From Phoronis australis (Eukaryota; Animalia; Phoronida): 64,000 nucleotides of DNA. Shown one piece after another: positions 24,071 to 39,000 of this stretch; within the stretch, counting starts at the first letter, position 1; each line of letters starts with the position of its first letter. Made by a program: the position numbers and the translations under genes. Under the pieces are notes generated by a model. That model searched no databases and was not told where the DNA came from. It saw nothing but the letters and a program-made list of their open reading frames with translations. The stretch lies in assembly GCA_002633005.1 (NCBI GenBank), contig NMRA01000155.1:179844-243843 (forward strand), given 5' to 3'.

Positions 24071-27000
24071 TCACTGATCCAGGAAATCAGTGACAAAGTC
24101 GTCATATCCGCCTTCCTCACTTGGACCAGTCTGGTCGGAGACGGGTGCATCTCCACTGCCTAGGTTCATGGACTGCACCATCTCAACATGGTGCGCCCTC
24201 TTAATGTGCGTCTTGAGATTGCCCTTTTGCGTGAACGCCAAGTCACAGTAGTTACACTTGTGGGGGCGCTCCCCGCTGTGCTTCTTCAAGTGAATCTGTA
24301 GTGCATTTTTCTGGTTGAAAGCCTTGTCGCACACGTGACACACAAACGGTCGCTCACCTACCAGAACAAAAGAAGGCATCATATAACAGCGGACTGAACT
24401 TATTAATACATTAAGTTTTCTGTAGTCAATGACATCCTCTTGAATGCCTCCATGTAAATACAATAGTTAACAATACGTCATAGCAACGACTAAAAATAGA
24501 TAACCAACACACTTTTTTATAACCTCACAATATATCCAACAACATAATTATCAGGTGAACGGAGCCATTTTTCTACGAAAGAATATAATATCTGCAGTAA
24601 CTAAAATGCCAAAGTTGTAGAGTTTTCTTAAAAATCCTACTTAATTGTGCCATGTCAATTTTTTGGAAAAATTTGCACCATGAATGTAAAAGACAAATTT
24701 TACCCAACAGCTTACATTCAGTTGTCCATATCCAATAAAAATTGCTCAACTTGTGGTAGACGCAACAAACAGCTAAAACTGACATTTCCAACTTTTCAAT
24801 GAAGTTACAATTTGTTCAAGCTGAGCAAGAAATATTTGAAAACTGTTGTAATGCAACAACATGCAGTACAAACCGTCAATCAAGCAAAACTCCTAAAAAC
24901 TCATCACAGATGAGCAATTTGACAAAATCTTCCAGATTTACAACAGATAAGGGTTCAACGATGAAAAATTATCACTCATGGAATGACGGAGAGTACCTCC
25001 AATAAATGGTACAACTTTGCCCGTAACACTTTTACGAACCTGTGTGTATCCTAATGTGTCTCTCCAACTGACTAGGTTTACTGAAGCCTTTGTCACAGTG
25101 TGGGCATATGTGCATGCTTGACTTCACCTTCATCAAGCTGGCTGGCTGGCCACGAGGGGCGTGAGTCAACAGATGTTCCTTCAGATGACTACTCCGCTTG
25201 AATCCTTTGTCACAGATCTGCAACCCACGAAGGAACAATCTAGGAATCTACCAGCATCAGAAGATATTAACACAGAAAGGAAGACATGCGAGAACATTTT
25301 GAAACTAACGATGTCCATTTAGTGTCAGCTAGAAATCTATTTTCTGTAAAAATAGATAGTTTTACTTACGTGACACAAGTGTATCCGTCCGAGTGAGTCA
25401 GCTGCCTGAAAGGTGCCTGAGGTCTGCTCTCCATCAACCGCATTGACTTCCTGTAAAAAAGAAAAGATGCAACATACAAAGTTGTGATGTGATACAATGA
25501 ATGCAATGCACTAACTTAAGGGCAAAGACAAGAAAGGTTTTAAAGATACATGATGACCAAATATGTTATTGTCTAATGAACAAAACTGTTTAACTCCATT
25601 GGTAATTAAGTTGCATCAGTCGAGTCATGTGCATGACAGCAACGTAATTTCTGATACCATCAAGTCACTCAACAACAGGTCAATACTGTTGAGAAAAGCT
25701 TTTGATGCAGCATAACACTGAAACTGTTCTCACAGATAACAAGAGCAACGCACATCATTGAAATGCAACCTCCTCAGCAATGCAAAATAATGTGCTTCTA
25801 GGGCTGATTATTAGTGTCAAAGATGTACACCAGGCGGCGAAGAATACGTCAAACGTCTTTCAAAATGCGCCCACATATAAATATGTGGGAAATAAAAACG
25901 AGAAGTTTCATGCAACCCACTTATGGCCCGGGGAGCGCTCAGTAAAAAACTAAATGTTAAAGTGGCAACAATCACATTCCATTGAGGAAATGGACTTAAA
26001 TAGTTCCTTAATCAAACTGGAGGTGATTTGAGGGTTTGAAAAGAACTGACAGTCCATTATAATTCTTTCAGCTTGATCTGAAAAAGTGATGAGCTGTCAG
26101 TTCTTCCCGGGCTCAAAATTCACTTCAAAACTGACTACAGGACAAGACAAGGCCAATTTTATAATCATGGTAAGTGGCCTTAATCAAAGCTTGTTTTTCT
26201 AGAAAGCATAAGTTTAATGCTGCATTAATAGTTGATGTTTGATTTGCATTCCACACCTCACTTTAGGTGTTAAATGAGATTGTGCTGCAGCAGTACCGTG
26301 CAGGGTACAAATAAAAGCAATAAAAAACGAAGCTAAACAGGTCGCAAAGTGGACATTTATGCCATGTGTCATTGACAAGCAATTAAACTCCCATTCTTCC
26401 AATGACAAACTCTGCAGAGAGTTGGCCAACCATGCCTGCTCATGTTAAGCTGCAATAGAACACTACAAGCTGCACAAGGCAGTCTCAATTACTGATATTA
26501 GTATCCCTAAAGAACTCCAGGGTCAGTCTCCCATCTTCTCCCATAATTTATTACTCTGACATAAACATCCAATCAGCTTATTAGAGGAAGCCATTTTGCT
26601 AGTGCAAGCAATTTTACTCATTACCAGTAAAACACCAGCGCGACCTGATGTTACACTCTAGTGTGATAGTGTGACCATGCTTGGCTCACAAGGATATAAA
26701 ATACTAACCTCCTCTTCGTTAATTGTGTCCATGACTTCCACAGATTCCTGACCATCGGTCACTGCTTGACCTGTGGTCTGGATGATCTGACCATCTCGTA
26801 GCTGCAGCTGTGTCGGCTGGCCGTCCGGGTTGAGAGTCAGAGTCTGTATGGGTGTGCCTGCCACTAGTGCCTGACTGTCAGATGGGATGCTGAAGGTGAC
26901 CGTCCCATCACTAGCCACAATGCCGGACGTCTCGGCGCTTGTGACCAGAGGCTGGACAATGACGTTGGTGTTCTCAGCCTCAGCAACGCTAGCTCCGCCT

Positions 27001-30000
27001 GCTTGCTGGATGATTGACGGGTCAGCCGGAATCTGCTGAGTGATCACGTTTGGGTTAATGGTCACATTTAGGTTGCCCTGTTGCTGCAGCTGGTGTAGAA
27101 GACTGGCATCAATTTGCACAGTTTGCGACAGCAGTGAAGGGTCAAGCCCTGTAATCTGTATTCCCTGACCAAGACCACCGGTAAGATGTAGTTGAATACC
27201 CTCAAAACCCTGCAGGATCTGCATGGTTGGCTGTTCATTGATGTTGCCCAAATGGTCTGCAACAGACAATGAAACTGGCATGATGTTGGGGCTCTGTAGT
27301 AGGGATTGGTCAATACTGATCACATTGGTCGCTGGCTGGCCACCGTCTGTCAACAAACTCATCGCCTGCTCACCAGCTGTAGACAGAGCATCCAAGCGTT
27401 GGCTTGGCTTGCGCACCTTCTTCTCGACTATGTCTTGTTTAAAGTGAGACTGGATATGGCTCTTGCGATGACCAGACGTGCGGAAACGGAGATCACAGTG
27501 GGGACACTTGAATGGCTTGGCACCGGTGTGGAGGCGCATGTGTACCTTTAGGGTGCCCTTAGTGGCAAACGAAGAGTTACACACGTGGCACTTGAATGGC
27601 TTCACAGCTGAAACGATTGCGTAGATGTTACAAAGAAGTACAATCATTAGTCGTCTTTTGAAATAACACTGGCAGTATGTCGTCTTTTGAAATAACACTG
27701 GCAGTCTCTCTCCTTTAGTCACAATTCAGATATAATGCAGAAGAAACCAGCTCACTTCCTAAAAATTTGCAGCTAAACAAATAGATATTATTTTTTTGGT
27801 CAACAGACCCTTGATACTCTTTCTATCCATTTAGTACAACAAGTACAAAGACTATACCTCTCGTATTTGAATTAAAACAATCTTTAATTCAAAGGTAAGA
27901 GCATAAAAGTGCTGCACAACACAGTATCAATTATGAGAATTTTAGTAATCCTGCTACTAATGGTAATTTTAAATACTTGGGCAGCAAGTTTAAACAAGTG
28001 AACGTGACGTGAGCGTGCAAAAATGACAGGGAATCAAATTAAGGCACAACAGAGCGTAGTGTTCAATGAAAGATGTTTGATCATTTTAAGGTAAAACTTA
28101 AGGAGCTACCAATAGTCAAACCGACAGGTCAAAGTTCAAACTTACCTCCTACGTGAGTCTTCATGTGGGAGTCAAGTGTAGACTTGACAGTGAATCCCCG
28201 TCCACACTGATCACAGTTAAATGGCTTCTCACCCGTGTGTATCCGATTATGACGGACCAGGTCGCTGGGTTTCTTGAAACTCTTCGGACACTGTTCGCAC
28301 TGAAAGTAGAGATCACCCACCACTCAAAAACAACAGTTCCACCACTTTTAAATACGAACATTAGCCACACCTTTGGAGTAAACCAATGCGTCTGAAGTGA
28401 AATGATTCATGCTCTGGTAATACACAGAACAAGCAAAAATTTTTCGGACAAAATGACCCGGAATTCCCCCATCATGACGGCTGAGCGGAAGCCATATTCA
28501 CCATGACAAGTCTCCTCTTGTGACCCAGAATGAAAGAAAATTATGGATAAAGTAATTTAGAATTTTGCTAAACTGATAGTTGTTACCAGTAATTTCTTAT
28601 GTTTACAGAATTAGTCCTCATGATGAGAAAGAAGTATTTTGTCTGATTACTTTTGTCTTGTACGAGTACTGTGCACAGGTTGTGAACCACGATCTCAAGT
28701 TTGTTGAGAATAGACTCGACATATTTTACTTGTATCTGAAATGACATTTTTTTCCACATAGGTTCAAGCACCCAATCCTCACCGGTAGTAGATGGGTGAC
28801 CTTCATACAAATGCAACTCAACTGCATATTTTCATATACGTCTTTCCATTCACAATATTTTCCAATTAATATTTAATGTTAAATTGAAAGAAACGAACAT
28901 CTAATTACTTGCCAGCATATGAGTCAATCTTCTCTCATGTGCTAATTCAAAAGCATGTCCTTGTCTTTACTCAAAAGTGTTGCGCATGTACCAGTACGCA
29001 CTAGAGTTCAGAAATACGTGCAGCTTCGTGTACAAACACATGGGACTAAATGGGTGCACATGGAGTAAATTAAACTCCTTTGTCAGCAGGTACCTGGTGA
29101 GCATGCTTTGGCATATTGGACACTAAATTCTTGTCCTTGATTTCACTGATGCGCTGCTTCTCAGCCGCAGACTCCTGCAATATCTTCTCCGACATGGTCA
29201 TCTCTTCCTCAGGTTTTGATAGTTGGGCAGTCTGCTCATCCGAGAGCAGCATGGTGACACGGGCGCGGCGCTGGCTGAACTCATGGCTCTCTTCTGTGAA
29301 AGAGAAGGTTTTGATAGCATGCATGAGGGTGGTCCGTGCATGAATTGTAACAGTTATGATTAAAGTTGTGGCAGTGGCGCTTCAGCATTAGCAGTGTGTT
29401 CATAGAAAAGACAAAGGCAAAAATGGGTCAGCAGTGGAGAGAGCAATAGTCTCTGGACCTTTTACAAGGTGGTCACAATATCAATATTTGAACTAAACCA
29501 CTTAGAATAGATGCAAAGACCGCACTACAAATTATTAATGTCCCACATTTGTTTAACGGCATTAAAAGTCTTGAATGTATTAATCACTGGTGACCTAGTG
29601 AACCATTGAGAATATACTTGATGGACAGAAACAGTCTTACCGATAACAGTGTGCTCTTTCACGTGTCGCTTCAAGTGAACCATGCTGCGGAACATCTCGC
29701 CGCAGTACATGCACTTGAACGGCCGCACGCTGCTGTGTATGGTCATATGACGCGTCAGCGAGCCGTTCGTGGTGAACGAGGCATTGCACACATGACACTC
29801 AAACTCCTTGAGTCCTGCGTGCGTCTTCATGTGTGCCTTGAGGACACCGCCGGAGACGAACATGCGTCCACACTGCAGACACTTGTAGGGTTTCTCACCT
29901 ATAATAAATGGCAACATTTTGAAAAACAGCATCACAAATACAATAGTGTCTCAAAACGACATACCGTAACTAGAAACTTGTTCACCTTATACACAGCACA

Positions 30001-33000
30001 TATTTTACAAAGTTTCAGCTATTACTTTAAGCTTACACTGAATGTTATTTATTTAAAATAACACATAGCCTATGCTACTTTTGGCACTTCTCAACAACAT
30101 TACCATGAATTAGAGAAATGAAATTTCAGGAATTCAGACACAAAATGCTTGCTAGTGTCCATTGTTTACAATGTTGATACAAATAAAACGACAGTTGCAC
30201 TCTACGCACCGGTGTGTGAACGCTCATGCTGTTTCAGATGGCTGGACTTTTTAAACAGCTTATCGCAGTAACAACATTGGTACGTGCGTCGGCCGTCCTC
30301 TGTCTCCATGGGCAACACACGCGGTCTTGGTACCTGCTGCTGTGTCACTGTTCCATCTCTGAGTACAGACGAAAGCAAAGAGATGTAGCAACAACATTTT
30401 TTCCTGTCACAAAGACGTACCAAGCCTCATTAGTACAAAATAAATCAAAAAAATACCATAGATGCAAGAAGAGCACTAAAAAATTACTTCAGATTTTTGT
30501 CTGTTTTTGGAAAGAGGTTTTGCTAAGTATAATCATATTTATAACTACTGCACTGGAAAGAACTCCACGTAAACAATACTCTCACTGGGCTGGTGGGAAG
30601 GTAACTCCAGGAGAACCTAAATTATCAATTATGCAATCATCAGCACAAAAATCGCAGTGGGGTTGACATATAGAATTCTTGATAATTACATCAGGGCTTG
30701 GAATGATCAATGACAAAAAACGCGGAAACTTTTACGGCCCAAATCAGCCTTGAAATGGTCAAAAAAAAAACTGTTACCACCATCAGTAGCATGCGTCTGC
30801 GTCCTTTTAGCTCGCCCATCCACTCCCAACCCACACATTTTTGGCTGCAGAGCGGTAGTATTTGTAGCCGCGCTTAACAATAACACGAGACGCCATTGAA
30901 AATCCCACCACGCTGTCCCAGATGTCCGAAACATAAAGAGCAACTTCCGCTTTTCGAGGTGAACGTCGTCTGCAACGCCGCGGTAAGAAAGGAATTTGCC
31001 GCGGATATTTTATATCATATCCGATTTCTTTTACGCGGAAATATCATAAAAAAAGCGGAAAGCACATTTGAAAAAAGGAGAAATTCGCGTTTCCGCGGAA
31101 AATTTCAAGCTCTGTTACATTTCCAACTATAAGTAGTCGCTAACCACTTAATATTGTAGGAATGTCCAGGTGGGCAACATAATCAAAAAGCAGGTATAAA
31201 TAACCTGTCTCCTTAACCTTGCTGGTAAATAATTATACTGGTTGCCTGCTATCATATTTTCCCATGAACGTCTTGTTGTGGATTGTTTGTTTGACAAAAG
31301 AAACAACGGATTACCTCTGCAGGAGATTTATGTTTTGCATGTCTCCACCATCCAGAGTCTGGCCAATAGAGGTCGCTGGCTGGTAGGTCAATGTGTCCAA
31401 TGTACTCTGAAGTTGATTTGTCTGGAAATAATTAGTACACTAACGTAGTTGTAAAAATGTAAGATGTCAAAATTTACTCATCATTCAACAAAAAGTTAAA
31501 GCATCCCGGATTAGTACTTCAATTTCATTATCATGTATATTGCATACTTTTACTTCCAACGTTAAAAACTTGAACCAAAACTGAAAATTTAAAAGCTTTT
31601 TTTGTGGTTTTAAAACAAACTTAAGAAACTATTACAGCCATTCAAAATTCCTCGTTGCAAGGGAAAGTGTCAAAAATCAGGGTCAATTTTCCCCAATATA
31701 TTGTTTTAAATTTGAACCCTATATGCTCTTAAAAACAGTTTTCCTCTTTAAAGCCTTATGCAGAACCAACCTTGAGAGCGACTGCTTTTGTTTTTGTTTT
31801 GGTGTGCAAGCCTCTGCGTCATTTTCTAACAATTCCCATTTATAACCTTCAACACCATGGACCGAATGGAGGCCACAGGTTGCTTTCATGATAGGATTCA
31901 CCACCAGTAAATTGATAATTTGACTTTTAAGTTTGCCCCTTTGGTAAGTGTAGGTAGCGTTCCTTTTTTGGAACAAAAGCAATGCTGTGTGCTTATTTGG
32001 CCATGACGAACATATTGCTGTGAATGTTTCTATGAGAATCGGAACCCAAGCTGACCTGCAGTCCAAACTGGTTCTGCTGATAGTTGAGCTGGTTCAAGTT
32101 CTGCTGGTTATTGCCTATGAGATTCTGGCTGAAGTTCTGTTGCTGGTCAAACACCTGTAATGCACAAGAATGGGGATATGAGCACTTCTGTTTGGAGACA
32201 GAAAGTGCGGTTAACATGTAATGGAAGAAAAATAGCAGCAAATAAAAACTTAACACTTATTACACAAGTTTTAGTACTATAAATCAAAAACGCCCTCTAC
32301 GAATATCGCAATGGCAAGGATAAACAATCAAATCATCATGACTTCATATCTCATCGAAGCAAATCACAGGTACCATGCTTCAGGCTCTTACTTTCAGAGG
32401 ACAACTTGAAATTTTCATTGACGTTAACATCATGCTGGACCCAAAATGTCCAAATTTGGCTAAATTTGTAACATCATATCTCACAAACAGCCGACTGGAT
32501 TAATGTGAAGCTTTAAGATACTATGCTTATTAATAAGCAAAGTTCTTCAAAACACTCATAGCAAAACTGTATTTTTAAAGTTCCACTTCTGCACAAAGGG
32601 CTAACAAAAATAGGACTTTTATGGTTTTCATGAAAAAATCCAAAAGCACAGTCTGACAACCAAAATTTTAAAAATGTAACAGCATTTTTGAACATTTTTA
32701 TTAAAAGAAATTTGATCATATTATTGATATAGTTGTATTGCTTCAATGGTCACATGACCGAGTTAATGACAGATTCCTAAAAAGTCAATAATCAAAATCT
32801 AAAGGCTTGCTACTTTCAGAAAATAATACTTTCATTGACTTAAAACCCATACTGGGCTAAACATACACTAGACATGGCAATAAGATCCTACATAACCACG
32901 CCCCTTTCCATAACCGCATTCTAGACACTAAAAACAGACATCACGAGTCTGCATGATGAAAAAATAGAAATATAGACATAAGAGCTGAAAAATGCAACGT

Positions 33001-36000
33001 ATACTTGTAATAATCCTACACATGGAACAGACAAAAGTGACTTAGATAAATTATGTGAAAGCATATGTGTGGGACCATTACAGAAGTGACTTAGATGTGT
33101 CAAAGAGCTAAGAATCTGTGAGTTTCACAAAGACTGGTGGCTGGTTTAAGCACAAGACTGAAAATTAAAACATTACAGATTTAATGCTGCCGAGTTCCTG
33201 ATATCAAATGTTCAACAGAAGGAGATTAACAGCAAGAAAATAAAATCATGTGTATTCGTTTATATAAACCTGACTGTAAACCCTTAGTAAGTTATGGTGT
33301 TGATGAAACTTCTAGGAATGTCCGTTTATCAATAGACAAAATGACAGATGGTGACACCATCAAGGTAAAGAGCCAAGCATGTATTGTAAGTAATATGACG
33401 TGGTACACACCGGCTGTGTCAGCGTGTGCTGCATATCAAAGCCAGCCTCCTGCATTGTCTGTGTTATGTCCTGGGCGATCGTCTGCTGCTCCAGTTGAGG
33501 CTGGTGACCCACTAGCTCCTCTTGTAGACTGATCTGGCCAGCGTCTGCCTGCTGCGCATCCTGGGAGCCTACACCCGTCTGCTGCTGTTGTTCCTGTATG
33601 GCCTGGATGGCCAGCTCGTGTCTGTAAACAAGAGTAACATACACTAACGGTGCTTACTGTGATATTCTGGGTTCAGTTCCCCATTTTGGCAAGCTGTTGT
33701 TCCCAAGACCGCCAGCGCTCTTTGCTTCAAACCCACTCAAATTTGTGAAATGCTGAAAAGCTATAATCATACTGTTTAATCAAGAACAATAAGCAATAGT
33801 ACTGACCTTTGACACAACATGGCCATGCAATACTACTAACCTTTGACACAACACGGCCATGCAATACTACTAACCTTTGACACAACACGGCCATGCAATA
33901 GTACTGACCTTTGACACAACACGGCCATGCAATAGTACTGACCTTTGACACAACACGGCCATGCAATAGTACTGACCTTTGACACAACACGGCCATGCAA
34001 ATCTTCTACTAACACCATGTTGAGCAATTACAACTTCTCAGATACTGCTAGCAAGCAAAGCAATGTCTGCCATTTACCAGAGTTTGCAATACCAATGACA
34101 ATTACAACTTCTCAGATACTGCTAGCAAGCAAAGCAATGTCTGCCATTTACCAGAACTTGCAATAGCACTGACAAAAAATTCCACGTGATGTATCATTCC
34201 ACAAATAAATAGGCATGTGTGATACAAATACTTATTTGTTTTGTATAAACTTAAAGCGAAAAAAACGTTTTTTGCACGAATAATTAAATAAGGATAAAGA
34301 GACGGATGAAAAAAGAGAAATCTGGAAAGTAAATAAATGGAAATTGAAACCAGAAATGAGAAAATCCTCTTAAAAGGGGAAAATTCCAAGCCCTTGTTTA
34401 TGACCAGGTGACAATAAAAGTCTGCACCAAAATAGTACATGTATTTGACAGGATCGCCTGCTATCATACAGGAGTTCTGCACATCAATACACTTTCCCAG
34501 GTCAATCATAATTTTGCTGAAGAAGCATTACACAATCTGGGCCTGGGGTCTAATCCTTTTACTCAAAATCAAACTTGACATTACTATCAGTCAGCATATT
34601 TCATTCTACATAAATTTTGTGCAAACTCAAGATAAGTGTCTATCATTCTGGCCCTGGTTTACAACGATAACTGTCGAAACCTAGTTTGCACTTCATGACT
34701 CCAGCATTAAGGCAAAAACTAAGGTCCAAACTATCCAGCAATTTTTAGTTTTTACTCAAAATCTGAGTTTTTACTCAAGATAGAAACTTGAATCTTGGGA
34801 TCATCAAATGAATGTGTACTTGGACTAGAGACTCATACAAATAAGCCATGATGTACTCCAGCATAGAAAAATGACACTTATCTTAAATTCGGACAAAAGT
34901 AGAGCAGAAAATGCCAAAATAATTTCAAATTTGATTAACAATACCGATATTAGACCCCAGCCCCAGTTTTGTCAACAACTAAATTTTTTTGGAGTTACTT
35001 CTTAAATTTTTTTCAGTGTCCAGACCGAGCTACGCAAGACCACCCATGACTTACTTGTGCGTCTTCATGTGCTTTTTACAGTTGACGGATGTCTTAAACG
35101 TCTTCTGGCAGTAGGGGCACATGAAGGGCCGCACCTCGCTGTGCGTCGACATGTGTCGCTTCAAGCTGCCATTGGTGGTGAACATGCTGTCACACACCAA
35201 ACACTTGTATGCCTTGATACCTGTGTGTGTGCGGATATGTGCCTTGAGAACGCCGCTCGACACAAACGAGCGCAGGCACTGCAGGCACTTGTAGGGCTTC
35301 TCGCCTAGGATGGAAGGAATTAAAAAAATTCACTAACGCTTTCGCATGGTCTTATCAGAAGGGGACTCGTGGGTAAGATTTGCTCATCATCTGCCGAGTT
35401 AAAATACAATTCAGACTCGTGTTTAAACAAATTAGTACTATTTTACACCAGGTTTCTTCCTGGGCCCTTATCCTGAATTGGTCAAAGAAAATTGCATTTC
35501 AACGAACTTACACGGCTTTTATTTATGGAAACTAGTACAACATACTATGTACTCACCAGTGTGAGAGCGAACATGCTGCTTGAGATGGCTGGACTTCTTG
35601 AACCCTCGCGAACAGTGAACACATTTGAAAGGTCGGTCAATTGTGCCTGCCTCGCCCAAGTACTGGCTGTACAGTTGACTGTTCCTAGGTGGTTGCTGGA
35701 TCAATCCTGGTGGTCAACAGAGATCATAACTATAATCATATAAATTTCCAAATTTCCTGCTAACATAGTCTGATTGAATGTCTCCATAATTAACCAACAA
35801 TCAACAAAGAATGCAATCGAACCTACCATGACTCACAGATGACCACCTAAAAGCTTATCATGTAGTTTCAACACTCTGCATATCACGGATTTAAAGCTTT
35901 CTTTAACGTGTTGTTTCACATGTATAGAGCTATGTTCATGGGCCTAGCAATGCTTCAGCATCACACGATTTGATCACACAAACGACGGTATGTCAAGTGA

Positions 36001-39000
36001 TGTGCAGAGTGAAGTGTTCAAACCACACTATATTTCTGCAACAAACAAAGCCTGATAGTAATAGTAGTATTGAACATAAAACTAACATGCACACTAGGAG
36101 TTATAAGTAAACCTTTTTCACCCTGGCAACTCATGCATTTGCAGTAAGTCAATAAAACCAAACCATTTATTAAATTTGGTGATTGCTGGCATCGATGAGA
36201 TCATATTGGTGCCCAGATATTTCATGAACAAACTTTGCAGGTTCGAGATAGGCTTTAAGAAAACGCAAAAAGAGCAATACGTGCATCGCTGATCAACACA
36301 ACACCTGTATCAAAGAACATTACAATACCTGTATCAGTGATCAATATGGGTTCCTGTAACGGGATGTCAGGCATTGGAATGTCAGAGCGGCCTGGTCGCT
36401 TGAGCGCTCGACGAGGTTTACGTGGTAAATTGGACTCCTTGAAGTGAGACATGATGTGCGTCTTGCGATGGCCAGACGTGCGGAACTTCTTGTCACAATG
36501 CGGACAGTCAAATGGCTTGACACCTGGTGGAGACAAGAAATAATGCGTTACTGAGGGCACAAGAAAAAATAGTCTTAACTGTAAAATTTCATACAGTCAG
36601 GTGATCATAGGAAAAACTTGGCAACCGATCAATAGACATTAGCTTTCGTTTCGCTGCATAGTCAACAAACTAAAAGGATTCATTCTTCAGCAGCACCATT
36701 GCATATAGTGAATATTGAGTCACTTATCAAATGCATCTACATGTGAATATATAAGTGGTTGTGTATGTGGCTTTGGTGTTTGGAAAGATAGATGATGACA
36801 ATTATAGTCATAGTGATGGCAATTAGAGTAAAAGCATGGGTACTTCAAAAACTAATAGCTCCAGTTACCTGTGTGTAGGCGTAGATGAACCTTAAGGCTG
36901 CCTTGGGTGGAGAACAGTTTGAAGCATACGTGACACTTATAATCCTTGATGCCTGCGTGCGTCCTCTGGTGGGCTGTCAATGTACTTTTGACGGTGAAAG
37001 CGCGGTAGCACTGGTTGCACTTGTATGGCTTCTCACACGTGTGTATGCGGATGTGACGCACCAGGTCACTGGGCTTCTTGAATTCTTTGCTGCAATAGGT
37101 ACACTGGTGCCAGCGCACCCCGTTGGCCTACAGGCAAATAACACACATAAGTCATTTTCAAGACAAAATAAAAAATGACAGAATCTTGATAATTAAACTG
37201 ATTCGAAGAGAAAATGGCAGAAAACTTGGAGAAAGTAGGTGGAAATAAGTTCAAGATCTATCACACGCAGTCATATAATTGTGACCCAAGCAACAAGAAA
37301 TGACTGTAAACTAGACGAAAATCAAGAAAGGTTAAAGCTTAAATCATGACAAAAAAACACCTATATGACAATTGGTGTCCTAAAGCAAAATACATTTACA
37401 ATTTTGCGACCACAACATCACTGGCATTCGAAAAAATTAACTATTTACAATGTGTCAAGAAATCACAGGATGCCAAAAGCATTCTGTAGGCATCAAGACA
37501 AGAGTTCAATCTACATACCTTTCTTATGAGATGTCTGCTTACTTTTCCAGTCGCTGCGTCATGAACTGCAACTGTGGACGACATCGACGTCGATGCAGCA
37601 GCAGTCTCACCAGTCTCTGTAGCAGTCTGGTCAGACGTCGGGGCCTCCCCATCTGCAGTCGACGTGGAAGGCTTGGGCACGCGGACTCCAGCGTTCATGG
37701 AGGATAGGCCGCTGTTTTCAATGGCTTGTTGCAGAATGTCCTGACTGATGTTACCCTGGGAGGCAATCTATTAATGGAAAGGGGTGGACTGATTTCAGAG
37801 AAATATGAGCTCAAGTAATGTGTTTGTCTTCACTGTTTTTACAGAGCATCCATGTTTCCAGCTTCAAGATATGCTGTAAAAATAACATGCTACAACACGG
37901 CACTTTTCAAATAAACAGAGTTACATAGAACTATACCGTATAAAAGCTAGAAACGATTTTGACAAGATTTTGCAAGACTGGCAGCTGATTCGAAGCATTC
38001 TATCTTCACATCATAACTCGACTGTGCAGGTACCTGCTGTATGTGCTGCTGAGTCGCCTCGGGGTCACCCGCCGATTGTTCAGACAACTCCAACAGTTGC
38101 TGAATCACGTCATTCACTGTCTTGCTCGCCTCTGTAGTTCGCCTCACTTCCACCTGAGTGGGCAACTCCTACAGATGAAGCAAGGTAATTAACATATAAT
38201 GAAAAAAGTTCACCGATGTAGAAACTCATAGGTCAACTTAAAAAGAGTTCAAACACAGGCATATGTGGTAACCTTCTTTACAGTTGTGGTTTGAGAAGTT
38301 TCTCATAATGAACAGAATAACAAAACAAGGTATTGTGCAAGATGAAACTCATTTTTGATCCCATATGTATAGATTACCCATCAGCGTTTTCCACAACAGA
38401 AAACTCAAACTCGACAGGAATTACAAAATTCATGTATGTGTTCAAAAGTCCATGTCCCCAAACTGGACAATTTGTGTGCACTGCACAACTATAAAGTTGA
38501 AATCTCCTATTTGCTTAAGAAACGATTAATCACTCAAAACTTCAAACTCACTGCATAGGTTTTAAACTCGACGCAAGAAAGCTAGACTCGTCATGGCAAA
38601 ACTCAAAGTAACCTGAAGCAGTGATAAGTCAAAACAAGTTGTGTAGAACACTGCTCACATAACAAAAGTATACATGAATAAAAATAGCACATTAACCAGA
38701 AGTTGTTCTATGATAACTCTCCAATACCATTCATTACTACAAGGTAGAATTTTGACAAAATAACATTTGACTTACTACCAAACTGCATGCTAAGTTGGAG
38801 AAGAGTTAAAAGCAGCATAATTCTGCAGTAAGCACTTACCTCTTGAAAACAAGAGTGAGCTCGACTTATGTGAGCATTCAAACTACCCAGCTTCTTGAAA
38901 ACACAACAGCACTCCTCGCACACAAACGTGGCTCCCTCTCGGTTACTGTGGACACGCTGTATCAGAAAACGTAATATGGTATTAACTGAAACAGTGTTTG

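Noticed and set aside
29606-30061. 151-aa plus-strand ORF and similar ORFs at 27223, 35057, 36885 and 20602
   Set aside because: Antisense shadows of ZNF236 or PARP12 exons.
33645-33730. B-box-like GGGTTCAGTTCCC suggesting a tRNA gene
   Set aside because: No cloverleaf or A box can be built. At most it is a SINE remnant.
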